Positions 1 through 12,900 of a DNA stretch of 64,000 nt are shown piece by piece. Both the position numbers and the translations under genes were made by a program. Location of the stretch: assembly GCA_973895155.1 (NCBI GenBank), contig OZ316895.1, positions 15,878,816 through 15,942,815 of the forward strand. The letters are read 5' to 3'. Position 1 is the stretch's first letter; every line of letters starts with the position of its first letter. Origin of the DNA: Marsupella aquatica (lineage: Eukaryota > Plantae > Marchantiophyta). The notes under the pieces were generated by a model that worked only from the letters and a program-made list of their open reading frames with translations, ran no database searches and was not told the origin of the DNA.

Positions 1-859
1 CCATGGAGTAAGTTCATCCCTTTACATTACTCCAGTACCGATCACTGGGACACTTGATGATCAAGTCTACAATCCTATATGGAAACCTCACGAATTGTGA
101 TAATAGTTGTGATAATACTGCAATAGCCAATAACCGTGAACTGTCTGCGGAACTGTCTGTTCGGTGCTAACAAACTTACCGAACCACCAATCTCACAAGC
201 TTATGAACTTTTACAAAACTAGCAATTGTAACAATCAAACATGAAAAATGAAACCAAAACGCAGTCCACAGCCTGAATCAAGAACAATTCTATTGTAACA
301 CATGTGCACATAATTTTCTTTCGTTGGAAAACAAATCTTAATTTGATCAAGATCACATCCAGAGGAATAAAATCTTCCATCCTCCAATTCTCAAGTCAAT
401 ATCCAAACTTCCACACGTGTTGGAAATTCTACAATTTAGCCCTGCGGGGTCATTGCTGAAACCATGAAATATTCATGATCAGACTTTGAAATTATGGAAC
501 CAACGTTAAATCAATCACGCTCTAAAATCAATCGGACCCTGAATCACTGCTGCCCTAAACTCGAGGTGGCCCGTTACCGATCAGCGTTTCTGCCAAGCCT
601 CGGTTGAGAATATTGCTCCATCCACCTTTGTAGACTTACCATTTTCCACAAGGTAGGCCAATAATAGCGCAGACCCAAGGATTCTGGGATCACTGGTGTG
701 GCTTGCTACGAAATTCGAGTCCAATTGATCCGCTCCACATGCAAACAAACATGTTTTTGGCAATGTACAGAGTGGCAACGAACCAGAAGTAATGCAGACA
801 CCTGGTAAAGATCAACTCACAGAACGAAGCCCAACCAGAAACGCGACCCACATATTTTT

Positions 860-3800
860 TCAGTCAATCTCGTCTTCGTACGGCTCATCGTCAATCCCAC
901 CATGAAGAGTTCTCAAATGATCATAGCAAGCAGTGGGATCTGCAAATGTTGACAAGCACACCCAGCAGACATGCTTTCCACATTTGCATGTCATGTGATT
1001 GCAACCATCGATCTTTTCAATAACACTGAAACAGCCTGGACAGTTTTTGACATGCTTCTCTTTCCCCTTCCTCCACGCATGCAGAGAAGCATCTGGATCT
1101 AACTTGAATTGGAGATACTCTTCACAGGAGAGATCCTCATGGTATTCGACATGGCAGGCTGTGCATAACTGGACGGAACAAACTGCACAAGTGAAAGAGT
1201 GCCCTGGAGCAGGGGAGATCCGGTATACATTGGGACAATCAGGAGTGGTGCAGAATCTATACTTTCCATGGCTTTGAGCCACAAAGGCACTGAGAGACGC
1301 GTTTTGCAGCTCCTGCTGCTGCTCCTCCGTGAGGAGCACACGAATGTCGGTTAGTTGGAAGATCTGGTGACATCCGTTATGGGCACAAGTGAGAGGAAAC
1401 CCGTCTCGGTGCCGAATAGCAGAGTTGATCTGGTCAATGAGGCATGACCGGCAAAATCCATGGCCGCAGCCCTCCAAACAGTGCTGATCTTCCATTGGAC
1501 AGAAGCAGATTGAGCACTCGTCAGCGGGAGCTAGTCCTCCATTCCAATGTTCAGGGCCGTCCTCCCGACTTGATGCCGTACCATTTTGGCCTAACAATCG
1601 AGCAACGTCTGCAACAGCTACCTGCACTTTCATCACTGCATCTATGTCCCCACCGTCCACTAAGAGCAAGTGATCACGATGGTCAATATTTATATTTACA
1701 CCAACACCAGCTAACTCTCGGAGCCCCAAGAGATCAGGACCATACAGCTTCACAATCTCTCTCATCAAGCCAGATGGAAGGCCCTCACCTCGCAGACTAA
1801 CTTGCCTGCACTTTATCTCAGAATGGAGTTTCGCCAGTCCAGACAGAAGCTCCTCCAGCGCAATTGATTTCTTGTCCTTGGATCCATATACTTTGGCTAC
1901 TTGTGTCCTTTTGTCACACATCACAAGCGTTTTCGTCTTCGCCTCCACTGCTTTGGTCAACTGTGCACCTTTCTTTGTCCATAGGAGCCGGATGCAAGAT
2001 TCTCCCAAGCTACCATCTACCACCACTTGCCCCTCCATAAGCTTTTCAATGGCAGATTTGCAGCCAGCAGCCACAGCCAAGGTTGTGCCATTGATCTGTA
2101 TTCGATGAAAACGAAGTTCTTTATCTGAAATGAAGATTTTGGTGCCAGGATGTTGCTGCTGAAGGGCTGTCAACAAATCCATCAGATCCTCATTAATAAC
2201 TCCCAAAACCAATCTGGAGCAATGTACCTGTGTCGAAAACACTCTCTGATAACTTAACTTTTGCCATGTATGCAAGCCAGGTAATGGCAATCCCTCCAGA
2301 TGTGTCAATGCGAGTGTTCCTTCTCGATGGATACTGTCGTCAAACCTAATTTGTGCACGTGCTACATAGTCTCTCTCATTGGGTTCAAACACATTCACCT
2401 GGAACTTTTCTTTGGGAACAAAAGCGGTAATCTCTTGAGTGAGACTTTGAGTCAACTCAGTTACTGAAGGTTGCCAAGGTGGTGCAGGATAACGTGGCAT
2501 GTACACATCAAGAACCCGACATCCACAGACATCAAATATAGCATCTTGCAGAGTTTTCTCGTCAACAACACCGTCCAGACCAATAAGGAAGATAGCATTG
2601 GCTTTGGTGCGGTCGGGCTTCACAGACACAGGTGTCCCACAAATGAAATTGCTGAGACAGGAAACCAAAACTTCTTCCTTGTCCTCTGGAGAACAAGTGA
2701 CAATGGCCCAGCCTTTCCGTTTTCTTCGAGCCCAAGCCAAAGTGGCCTTGACAGCAGGAAAGGGGCCCCTGTAGAAGCTGTTGGCAATTGACCCAATTAG
2801 TGGTCTCAGGCACAGTACGGATTTCCCCACAGTTGCACCATTCATGAGCTCAACAGCAACTTCCGCAGATGACGTTGAGCAGAATCGTATGATTCCCCAT
2901 TTGTAGTTTTGATCATCGGCATTTTCTGGAGCAGAAACAGTTGAGAACTTTTCGTATCCACAAATACCCTCCCCACATTGGTCAAAAAGCTCTAAAAGCT
3001 CTTCATCATCTTCCTCTTCAAATCTGGAGCACTTTTCGTACAGAACTTCCACAGCCGCACAGTCTCCAGGCATTAACACATCCTTGATCAAAGCACCTGC
3101 ACCAAATAATAAAGTTGGGGAAGATACCTGCCTAGAAGAACTGGTAACCAAAGGCTTCTCAATGCACTCCTTGTCCATCCATTGCCGCTCCCTTTGAATA
3201 GACCTTCGAACCAAACGTTGAGCCTCTGACATCTGAGCAGTGGTAGTGGAGACAATCAACATGTTGTTCTCATAGCTGTGATCAACAATGCAGCGCTGAT
3301 TGAACTTTTTCGTTATCTTATTCCTCAAAAGCACCAAGTTCTGTCCTTGCTTGCCACAAACACGCATCAAGAGACTAGTGCTAGCAACCGATACCGCCCA
3401 TTGCCTCATTATGGACGCCATTAAGACATCCACATTATATCCTAAAGGTGGAGAAAGCAACCCGATCCAATCGGGTTCCACAATAGTAACGAAGACTAAG
3501 AAGGTGCACGAAGTGTGCAATAGCTCTCCGTACACTACAAACTCTGGCATCGTTCCATAGACCAAAACAGCAGAAGAAGGATGCAGATAAGCTTGCTGCT
3601 GGTCCACTGAAACAACATCGTATCCCATGCGATCATGCCCAGAAAAGACAGCTAGATTGGCTGCCATAGCTGAGAAGATTATTTTCCGCAAAGGAGTGCT
3701 ATATCCAACTGGAAGATTAGGTGACCAACCCCACTTAGTGGAGACTCTCAACTTGAGTTCATACGTCAGGCAAGCTCTCATCTCATTCACCTGATCTCGA

Positions 3801-6800
3801 CACTTTCTGAGGGCTTTGGCGCTGATGCTGTTCATGACACACCACTTGTTGCGGGAGTGTTCAGGAACTGAATCCCACTCCTGATAAACCGACAGCAAGG
3901 TGAATAAGTCACCATGAGGATGACAGAATCTCATTTTCAGGCGATCAGCTCGTCCCTTCAGTTCCTCAGACCCTGGCCGGTAGAAAATGCTTCGGCTGTT
4001 TGACATCAGTGCTGCAATAACAAGTCCATCTTGACCATAACCCTGTTCGATGCTATCAAGGAGAATTTTCCCCAGTCGGGGTTCAACACCCAATCTCACC
4101 AACTTCCATCCGAGACTGGTTAAATAGCGCTGCCCAGGATCACTTTGTTTTACTGCTCCCAATTGTTCCAAGCCTTTAACAGCCAGGAAAATAGATTGCT
4201 TGTCTGGAGCCTCAACGAAGCCAAAATTGGTAGGCTCTTGTATACCAAGCGCAAGAAGCTTTAAAACGGCCAACCCCAAATGGACACGCTTGATTTCTGG
4301 CAACCTATGGGCAACCATCTCATCAAAGTCGGCTTCGCTATACAAGCGATAACATATTCCAGCTCGTGTGCGTCCTGCCCGCCCTGCCCGCTGGATTGCA
4401 GAGCTTTGGTCAATCTTCACAACATTCAGAACATTCATACCAGTCTGAGAATCAAATGCGCTATCCTTCGCCAACCCACTATCCACCACAAATTTCACAT
4501 CTGGGATAGTCAGAGATGTTTCGGCGAAGTTGGTTGCAAACACAATTTTGCGTTTGCCTGAGGAGTTCTGTTGCATTAAAAAGCCAGTCGTTTGCTGGTG
4601 TCAGCTTACAGAATTACATCTCGCAAAGAGTAAAGTTTTTTCTGATTCATCTGATTATACACAAACGCGATCTTGCAAATGTACGGTGTCACATGTGAAA
4701 GGGACCAACACTGTTGTGGGATTTAATCGAAAGGATGCTGAGATCTCCACGACCCTCTTTTCAAGTTGGTACATCACATCAATAAATGTAACACTCCAAC
4801 CATTCATATCTGATTTGCTATAGTTCCAGACAACAAGTCCCAACGAATCGAGAACAAATCCGAAAGCAGCAGAGTAGAGTTTAAAATTCATACCTGGAAA
4901 ACCTTCTCCAAGTCGTCATTTGGAAGCTTGCCATAAAATGGAAGCACCAAAGCTGAGGAACCAAAGTGTTGCCGACACGCCCAGTCAACATCTGATGGAG
5001 AGGTTAGGAACGCAAGAATGGTACCTTCTTTGTCCTTCTCATGAATAGCCTGCACTTTCTTAATGACTTTGCTCAAGTATCCAGTCTCTTCCTTCTCACT
5101 AATTTTCCATCCGTCGGCGAGTATTTCTGGTTCGTAAATTACCTTCACCGGAAATTTTCTGCCTGGAATATGCAAAACCTCACCGATACCAAAGTACGAG
5201 GATAGCAAGCCGGCATCAGCAGTGGCCGACATGATTACAATTTTTAAATCGGGCCGCTTTGAAATACAGCGCTTTAACAAAGCCAGCAAAAGGTCGGTAT
5301 TCAGGCTGCGCTCATGAGCCTCATCAACCACGACGCAGCTGAACTTCCAAAGGAAAGGATCTGTGAGACAGAGCTGGAGAAGGACATAATCGGTTGCAAA
5401 ATTGATTTTTCCCCAACGTGTATGTCGACTACAACTTGTCACACAACCCACAGGGTATAGGCTCTGAATACAACCATCACTTTCTTCCTTAACACGTTCG
5501 GTAAGAGCGAAAGCAGCAACCTTCCTAGGTTGTGTGCAGACAACAGATTTACCACTTCCAGTATACCCTGCATCAGCCAAGTACTGCACCACCTGGGTGC
5601 TCTTCCCTGATCCAGTCTCTCCTATCAACAAAGTCACCTGCAGAAAAAATAACACAACAGGATCATTGATCGAGGAGGAAGTTGATGCCACTTGCCATAC
5701 TTTCCCATACCAGTTGCATAAGCCCTACAGATGCTGGCACAAAGGATGATGGAGGAAAGTTAAGAACAGTAGATGATACCGGAAGAGGGTCAATAGATTC
5801 CTATTGGAGTACACTAGATGAAATATGGGACACAAGTAGCAGGAAGCGAAAAAGAATTAGATTTCGTGTTCCTCAATGCCTCAAAGGTGCGAGGGAAACA
5901 GGGTACAAACGGGCACAACGGCGAGCAAGTGATTGTAATTTAAAGCACCACAATAACATGATGACAGGAGAGTCCGGTCTAGAGTTTTGTGTCATCATGG
6001 AATGACATTCCTTGAGAAGACCCTGAATACCTTGACACGCCGGAAAACAAATGAAAATGAAATGGTAAATTTCTCGAGAGTTATAATGATATCGAAGCTT
6101 GAGAAGGAGGTATCTCCTTTCCAGATGTGAGGAGTCTAGACTTGAGAAGAGTTTGTATAAGGACAGTCCTATCTTGGACAAAGAAACATCAACACTCCAG
6201 ATCTCAACGTCGGACAGAAAGAAAAGAAAAGAAAAGAAAGGGAGAAAAACAACAACACAAAGGAGAATTATGTGCGCCAAATTGCAATCGCAAAAGCTAA
6301 TGCCATAAAAACGGGAAATAACGGTTGCAGCGGGGAGATTGTCAATGACTGTCACCTGGTTATCGAAAATTTGAGATATGATATCCGACCGGCGTCCATA
6401 CATAGGCAACTGGGCACGTAGTCGCTCGCATTCTCTTTCCACGATTGCGTGAAGTTGGCACCAGGTCCATTGACGACCCAACACAAACGCATCAGCTCCA
6501 CATTCCTCCTCCGCCTGTCCTAATCTAGTTATTGCGTGTACAAGTCTATCAATCGCCTTCTGAAATTCACTAATTTTATGAGTTATCTGGTCGGCCCGAA
6601 ACGACAAGTCCTCGTGAACTACCTTAAGCTTACTGTGCTCCGCTAGTTTTCGGTACTTATTCCTCAACTTGCCCTTAGTCTCCTGCATTTTCTGCCGCAG
6701 TGTCGTCACTTCTGTTAAGAGTTCCTTAACGAGTTTTCCATTGCGTAGTTCCAGCAGGTGCGCGAGAAACAACCCGCTGAGTTCGTCGTCCAATCCTAAA

Positions 6801-7267
6801 TTGATCTTTTGACTGCTCGTAGGGACAGTCGGAGTCAACCAATGCACACCTCTGAGCCGAAGCTCCCAGACGCCGAAAAGAGCTTTCATTAGAGAGTCCT
6901 CATCACGGAATAAAAAAACCGCAACGAGTGAAGATCCTTTCCCTGCCTCCATCCTTACAGCCTCAATCGTGTTTGGGCAGGCTTTGCAGACCATCTCCCA
7001 TGTTTCCTCGTCCCAAATCAGAAACTCTGCCCTGTTCTTGCTTCCTGCTTTCCTTCCGCTAAACCCCACCCCTGTATGCAACTCCATCACCAGTGCTGTT
7101 GCCTCATTCTCTAATTTCGCCTTCTCCTTCTCCTCCCCTACTGCCCCTATGATAACATCATGATCAATTTGCCTATTTTCCATGTCTCGATCGTCTGCCA
7201 TTATTGACAGTTCAGTAACCTGTTCGCTGATTTTCTCCACCTGGACATCCCCCATCGCCAGCGCCAT
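860..7267 (-). CDS. ATP-dependent RNA helicase DEAH11/DEAH12-like (DEAH helicase, RRM/KH-like region, C-terminal RBR E3 ligase), 3 exons, 1787 aa
   Basis: Exons 7267-6356, 5637-4894 and 4567-860 join in phase 0 with GT-AG (CAG|GTGAC, TGCAG|GTG, CAG|GTATG, ACAG|AAC). Motifs: GETGSGKST (I), TQPRKVAA, DEAH, MSAT, ATNFAETSLTI, QRAGRAGR, HA2 region. C-terminal RING1 (CSIC...CGHGFCRSC), IBR (CTTPDC...CAVC...CTAC) and RING2 (CPGC...DGCNHMTCKC). This is the architecture of Arabidopsis DEAH11/12. There is an in-frame TGA upstream at 7301-7303. Confidence 0.95.
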
Positions 7268-8580
7268 CGACAGCTCACTACACTTTACCGCTGATGCGCG
7301 TCACCTCCTTTCTGCTTCGTCCGTCCTGTGTGCTCCAGAGTCTCGAGAACAAATAATGATCAAACTCGATCGACGCAACAATTGTATCCTGGCACTTCTA
7401 GATACATTTCCCTCGCACGTGCTGTACTTCGGTAATAGGTTGCAGACAAACTCCCTCGAGTCTCCCCCTTGCTATGCGCGAACAGAACAACACGCTTCCT
7501 CCCTGTCTTCGGAGAGCGTCGACCACGCCACGCCTTGCCTCTCCTGCCAATTCGATCACGAGGCAGTCAATCCGATCAATATCTTCTCCTTCCAGAAGCT
7601 ACTAAAGAGATCTCCATTGTCATGCCGTTGATTTGCAATTGTTGGCCACTAGAGACCCAGCGACGAAACAATCTATTGGCTCACAATCCTCACTATGCGG
7701 TGCGTCGTGCAATGTACCGTGTTGTGCGCTAATTAGCTCCTCCTACTGCGCTAACATCGACTCGTCAGGGATCCAATTGCCCGTCGGCTAGTCGGCAAAA
7801 GAATGCAATCAACCCACGCACACCAGTGCTAGCTCTAGATAAGCCCACTCCGAAACGTGTAGAAGTCTCAGCACAACAGCTGACCTCCACACGATCGTCG
7901 ACCCATGCTGCTCCTGGTCTCTATCTCTTCTATGCTGTCTGATTTGCTCTGCTCTCTTTCACCAGGAATGCGAAACTGGTTTAGCACAAAAGTGCCGTGT
8001 ATTTTCTTACAATTTCCGAACAAACCAACCCAATTGAAACAAGGAGTCCGCATCCAAAGCACCAGAGCTTTGGTACAACCGGTAGGTTGTTCTACTCTAC
8101 ACGCGAGCGAGGAGTTGTTTATCTGGACAACTGGACCAATTACTGTCCTGGACAACTGGAGTACTGGACCATTTGGTGTCGGGCATCCGCGCATGTTTAG
8201 TTTCGGGGAACAGCGAATCTCACCGGGTGACGACTGACGACATCCTTATATCCCTTCGGTATCTTCGCTCCTACGAAATGGTTGCTCGGAGTCCGAGTTT
8301 TCTCAGGATAATTTTGCAAAGTACAAAGTCAATCGCGATCGCGAAGCAGGTCCCTACTACGGAATGGCTCTCCGGCCCACTCCGGACAATTCTTATAGCA
8401 ACCGCAGTACAAACAACCGGCTGCTCTAATCGGCTTTCGAGTTGCCAACAATCGTCGTTCGTACTCTCTTCAGACTACGCAAAATCGACACTGTCCGGGT
8501 CACCAGAAATCCAAACCGCCAGAGAAAAAGATCGCTCCGCCGTTTCGCTTCTATTTCATATTATTACACACTACAGCAAC

Positions 8581-8720
8581 GAGAAGAGAAGAGAAGAGAA
8601 AAGAAAAGAAGAGAGGAGAGGAGAGGCGAAGCGATCTTTTCTCACGAGACTGCGGTTCGCCAGAAGTCCAAAATCGCCTGAAAGGAGAAGGAGAAGGAGA
8701 AGAAGAGGAAGAAGAAGCAG
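8581..8720. repeat. Purine-rich low-complexity tracts, (GAAGA)n and (GAA/GGA)n-like
   Basis: gagaagagaagagaagagaaaagaaaagaagagaggagaggagagg at 8581-8626 and ggagaaggagaaggagaagaagaggaagaagaag at about 8684-8718. Confidence 0.8.
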
Positions 8721-9341
8721 CAGGCAGATCGCCGAATAATGCGTTGTTTCGATTCTGTCAACAATGAGACACAACAATGAAATCAATCATGCCGGGTGTG
8801 CAAACTACAGTCACAAAGACCCACCTGCATGTCACAAAGCCACTGACTACAGTAGCGCCCCGGCATCAGGCCGACTGCGTGGATACCGGTACCGTGTCGG
8901 GAATCGGTCGGGATGGTGCAGGCGGGCCTGCCAAGGTACCATAGTGGCATCCAATGAAGCGCTCGTACTGTGGTCTAGTTTACCTGGTTTAGTGAGCCTG
9001 CTGTACCCTACTCCAGAGTATTGGTGGCTCCACGCAGTTACGTAGTCGTGCTATACTAACACGTTTTCTGCGCTTGAAAAAGGTTATCTTATTTTATTTT
9101 GTATCACATTGTTTTTTTTCTTGAACCGAGTACTTTACTTATGAGACAAGTAAAACCCCAATAAAAAAGGGAGTAGACAGGCCTGACCCAAAAATGGTTA
9201 CAGACGGAACTCCATTTATCGCACTTTGGCACACCTGTGCATAGCAAGTATTTTTAACTTGTTTGGGGAATAAAGGATTTGTTCACAATCTGCTATAGCC
9301 ATTGGATGCAATAGACTTTATGGAATGCAAATTGAACTAAT

Positions 9342-9523
9342 GGATTTCTTGAGGCACATTGTGGCATTTGTGATTGATTGTGTCAATGACTTGATTGATT
9401 GATTGTTTGCTTGATCTGGGAGTGCTATAAGTCTGTATTTTGCCAGAATGTGCCTCAGAAATCCAGTACGACGTACACCATCAGATTGATTGATTGTGTC
9501 AATGACCTATAGCACTCCCAGAT
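9342..9523. repeat. Interleaved inverted and direct short repeats
   Basis: A (9342-9366) is inverted at 9441-9464; C (9414-9429) is inverted at 9508-9523; B (GATTGATTGTGTCAATGAC) is direct at 9372-9390 and 9488-9506. Confidence 0.8.
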
Positions 9524-9702
9524 GTAGAAGCAGTGCAAACCGGGAGTGCTCAGTACTAGACCTAATGCCCTTCATGATTTTCCTCTTTGTCATTTTTTGT
9601 GCTTTCTAGAGAAGAATGCATAATGCATAATGCACATGAAACTTTTCCTTTACTTTTAGTACTAAAAGAAAAAAAAAATCCAAATCTCCAAGGCCTTTAA
9701 AT

Positions 9703-9815
9703 GTATGAAATCCCTGTTATGAGGCATTGTGGGTAATAATAGCCACTCAATACTCCTGCTAAAGCACTCCTTTACAAGGTGGCCCTAATGCCCTGTTACC
9801 AGGACATTACTATAT
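9703..9815. repeat. Dispersed repeat (probable DNA-transposon end); inverted copy at 22209-22316
   Basis: Its reverse complement ATATAGTAATGTCCTGGTAACAGGGCATTAGGGCC... matches ATATAGTGACTTCCTGGTAACAGGGCATTATGGGCC at 22209, with weaker similarity for about 100 bp. Confidence 0.7.
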
Positions 9816-11929
9816 TAAAAAAAGTAATTGAGGCAAATTAGCAACCAAACCCTACTCTACCCTAACTTAGTCATGGGGCCCTTGAACAAGTGAGGCCCTC
9901 ACCAAGTAATGGTCATCTTTACATGTGACCTGTATCCGTAGCTACAATATCACCGAGTAAAGGTCCTAATATGCAATTTACCCAGGAGCTCTACTAGGCT
10001 TTATGGTTTTAGGTATTTTGCTATTTGGGCTTTTGGGCTTTTTGGCTTTGGGGCTTTTCGGTGTCCCAGTTCTTTCAGCCCCTTTATTGTTTGGGATTCT
10101 GACGCCCGGCACTAGTGATGTGCTTTTTGTTCTTGGCAGATATTTATTATATAGTTGTTATATTATATTGGAGATGGAGATACCACTTATAAGGGACTGT
10201 ATATATGGGACCGGCCAAGACAATCCCCCGCGAACTCTTGGAATCCCAACCAAGTGCTTGCCGCCACAGTTAAGTGCTTGCCACCACGAACTGGGTGGCT
10301 ACTCTACTGGAGACTACTACAACTACAGTATCTAGGTGCAGAGCACACACGACGGTAACAGGTCCCCTAGATGAGCGACGCTAGCTGGAGGTCCAGCCCT
10401 ACAGAACGTCTCGTACCCCAGGTACCCGGCCCTCACGACCGGTGGTCGCTGTGTCAAACCGCATCGCCTCCCCTTCGGAGGTATAAAAGTACAGTCGCCA
10501 CTAATCATGTACGGGACCGTACTCGGATATCACTCACGAATGCCGTCTGAAATACGTAAGGTACTGTCGTCAATAAACTCACCACTCCTGTACAGTATTC
10601 GGCTTCGTGAATCGTTATCCTGAACTCACTGCACTTCACTTCTCAAGCTCTGCCATTGCGCTATTGCTCACCTTCGTCGAAGGCTGGAACGGAGTGGAGG
10701 CCATTCAGGTCATCAGCGATTTGGAATTTCAATGGAATATGGTGGGAACTTATCCTTCAGCTTGACAAGTTTTTGGAGGTTCTCGTGTTGTTTCCGTCGG
10801 ATTCGTGATAGATCAATTCTGTAGCGTTGAACATTTCATTGCCGTCCTTCCCTTCAGCCTCGCCGACCCTGTGTGGTTGGGGGACCGCTCTGCTGTGCTC
10901 TGCTCTGCTCTGCTGCGCTTTTCATGGGTTTTCCGTTTCCTTTGTGTGGCTTTTGCCTCGAAGGAATTTTTTATTGAGCTCCCTTTTCTTTTCTGTGTGC
11001 GTCACCAGACACACTTTTGTTTCGATTGCACGTTGAAGAGGTGAGCTGAGGACAGACATCATTATGAGCTTATGACACTTATTGCCGTCCGACATTTCTT
11101 TGAATCTCAGGTCCTCTGGCTTCTTGTCTCATACCAATCTCCTCTCCATACACTACTCTTTGTAAAATCTACCTTCTACATGCATGCTTACAGAACGTTG
11201 CGCCTGAAGCCCTGAACATCGCCTGGATTTACACGAAGTAGGGGCATTCTTGACTTTTTCACACCAGGTAGACTGGAGGGCCATTTCTTGTTCTAAAGAC
11301 AAATTCCATGAAGTTCAATAAATGTAAGTCTCTTGAGTGAACCCAATTTTTGGAAATGTTTGTACCATCTCTGGAAGTGTGATAAGATTCCAAACAAAAC
11401 AGGCATTTCATATTGGCATTTACTTGGACCCACTACTTGCCATGTAATCAAGAACTATAATACACTCGTCCGCCTTTTGAACTAGTGGTTGTCTTTTGAA
11501 TTTGAAGGGCCCAAAAAGCAAAGAATCTGACCAAAGAGAAGGAATAAACCCAAATAGAATTATATTTAGTGTGAAGTAACCAGTGACACATTTCCAAGCA
11601 AGAAATAAAGAGGAATGCCAGGGAATGCCAATGCACAATAATCAAGTGCTTTCTACACCATCTATCCATAGTACCTTCCATGCATAGGAAGCCATCTATG
11701 CATAGAAAATACTCCTCTCCATGCCTACACATCCATATTAAGTACCCCCATGATAATCTATGTCATACCAGGAATTACATTGATTACAAATATTACATAA
11801 TGTGATACAAAAACCTTACCTTAATATTACATAATGTAATAAAAAGGTTTAAAAGAAATTAAAAAATGAAAATACAACGACAAAAGTCATTTTTACCTCG
11901 TGGTACTTTGTGGTTGTTGTAGCTTATTT

Positions 11930-12335
11930 TTTGTGCCATGACATCTTTTACTAGATAACATTTTTTATGCAATGAGATCTTCTTAACAAATTATTTTTTT
12001 ATTCAATGATATATTTTCCACCATGACATTTTCTCAAGAACATCTTTAGTATAATGGCATCCATTATACATTGACATGTTATGCCAAATGATATCTTTTA
12101 TTACTTAGGCATCTTTTGCGCAATGATGTCTTTTACTTAATGACATCTTTTGAGCAACAACATATTTTTTTATCCACATTTTTTGCACAGCATCTTTTAC
12201 TTCACGGCGTTAAATAATGCAACGACATTTTTAACTTCACAGCATCTATGAATAAACCATTCTTTACTTGACGACATCTCGGATGACATCTTTGGAGTCA
12301 ATACATAGTTTTACTTGACGACAACTTTGACATTC
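11930..12335 (+). repeat. Degenerate minisatellite (GACATCTTTTACTTGAC-like units); probable truncated plus-strand copy of the adjacent Helitron family
   Basis: Repeated atgacatcttttact/ttttacttgacgaca units that are the reverse complement of the units at 12450-12900. No intact CTAG terminus was seen. Confidence 0.6.
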
Positions 12336-12418
12336 TTGTGAGATTAACTTTGAACCACATACAGTGGTTGAAATTGGTTTTACAAGAACTGGGTCCATTT
12401 AGGTAATGTTAAGGTATA

Positions 12419-12900
12419 CTAGCTCAAATACCCGTGCGTTGCACAAGATATCATTAAGAAAAAAGAAGTTATGTTGCCAAAGAGTCTTTATGTACAAAAT
12501 GTCGTGAAGTAAAAAGATTTTGTCGCCAAAGATGTCAATGAAGTAAAAAGGTGTCATTCAGAAGAAGAAAGTCACATCACCAAAGATGTCGTGATGGAAA
12601 AAGATGCCATCAAGTAGAAAAGGATGTTGTTATGTGAAAGAAGTCGTGATGTAAAAGGATGCCATCAAGTAGAAAAGGATGTTGTTATGTAAAGATGTTG
12701 TCAAGTAAAAAGATGCCATGGCACCAAAGATGACATTACGTCAAAGATATTGTCAAGTAAAACGAAGTCATGTTGCCAAACATGTTGTGAAGTATAAATG
12801 TAATCAAGTAAAAAGATGTTTTGAAGTCAAAAGGTGTTGTGATGCCAATAATGTTGTTATGTACAAGATGTGATCAAGTAAAAAGATATTGTTATGGGGA
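12419..12900 (-). mobile_element. Non-autonomous Helitron (about 480 bp) filled with a degenerate minisatellite
   Basis: The minus strand ends CTTGTGC-AAC-GCACGGG (hairpin), TATTTGAG, CTAG|T (CTAG at 12419-12422). A candidate 5' A|TC lies at 12901/12900, where the GATGTTGTCAAGTAAAAA-type repeats stop. This fits AT-site insertion without TSD. The 3' end is firm and the 5' end is inferred. Confidence 0.75.

Noticed and set aside
5873-6355. ORF track extends DEAH exon 1 by 160 codons including a hydrophobic stretch
   Set aside because: This is read-through into intron 1. The donor at 6355 joins in phase to exon 2, and the hydrophobic run comes from a T-rich intronic tract.
8173-8786. 188-aa and 71-aa ORFs with Arg/Glu or Leu runs
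   Set aside because: They are translations of the GA-rich low-complexity tract, with no domain signal.
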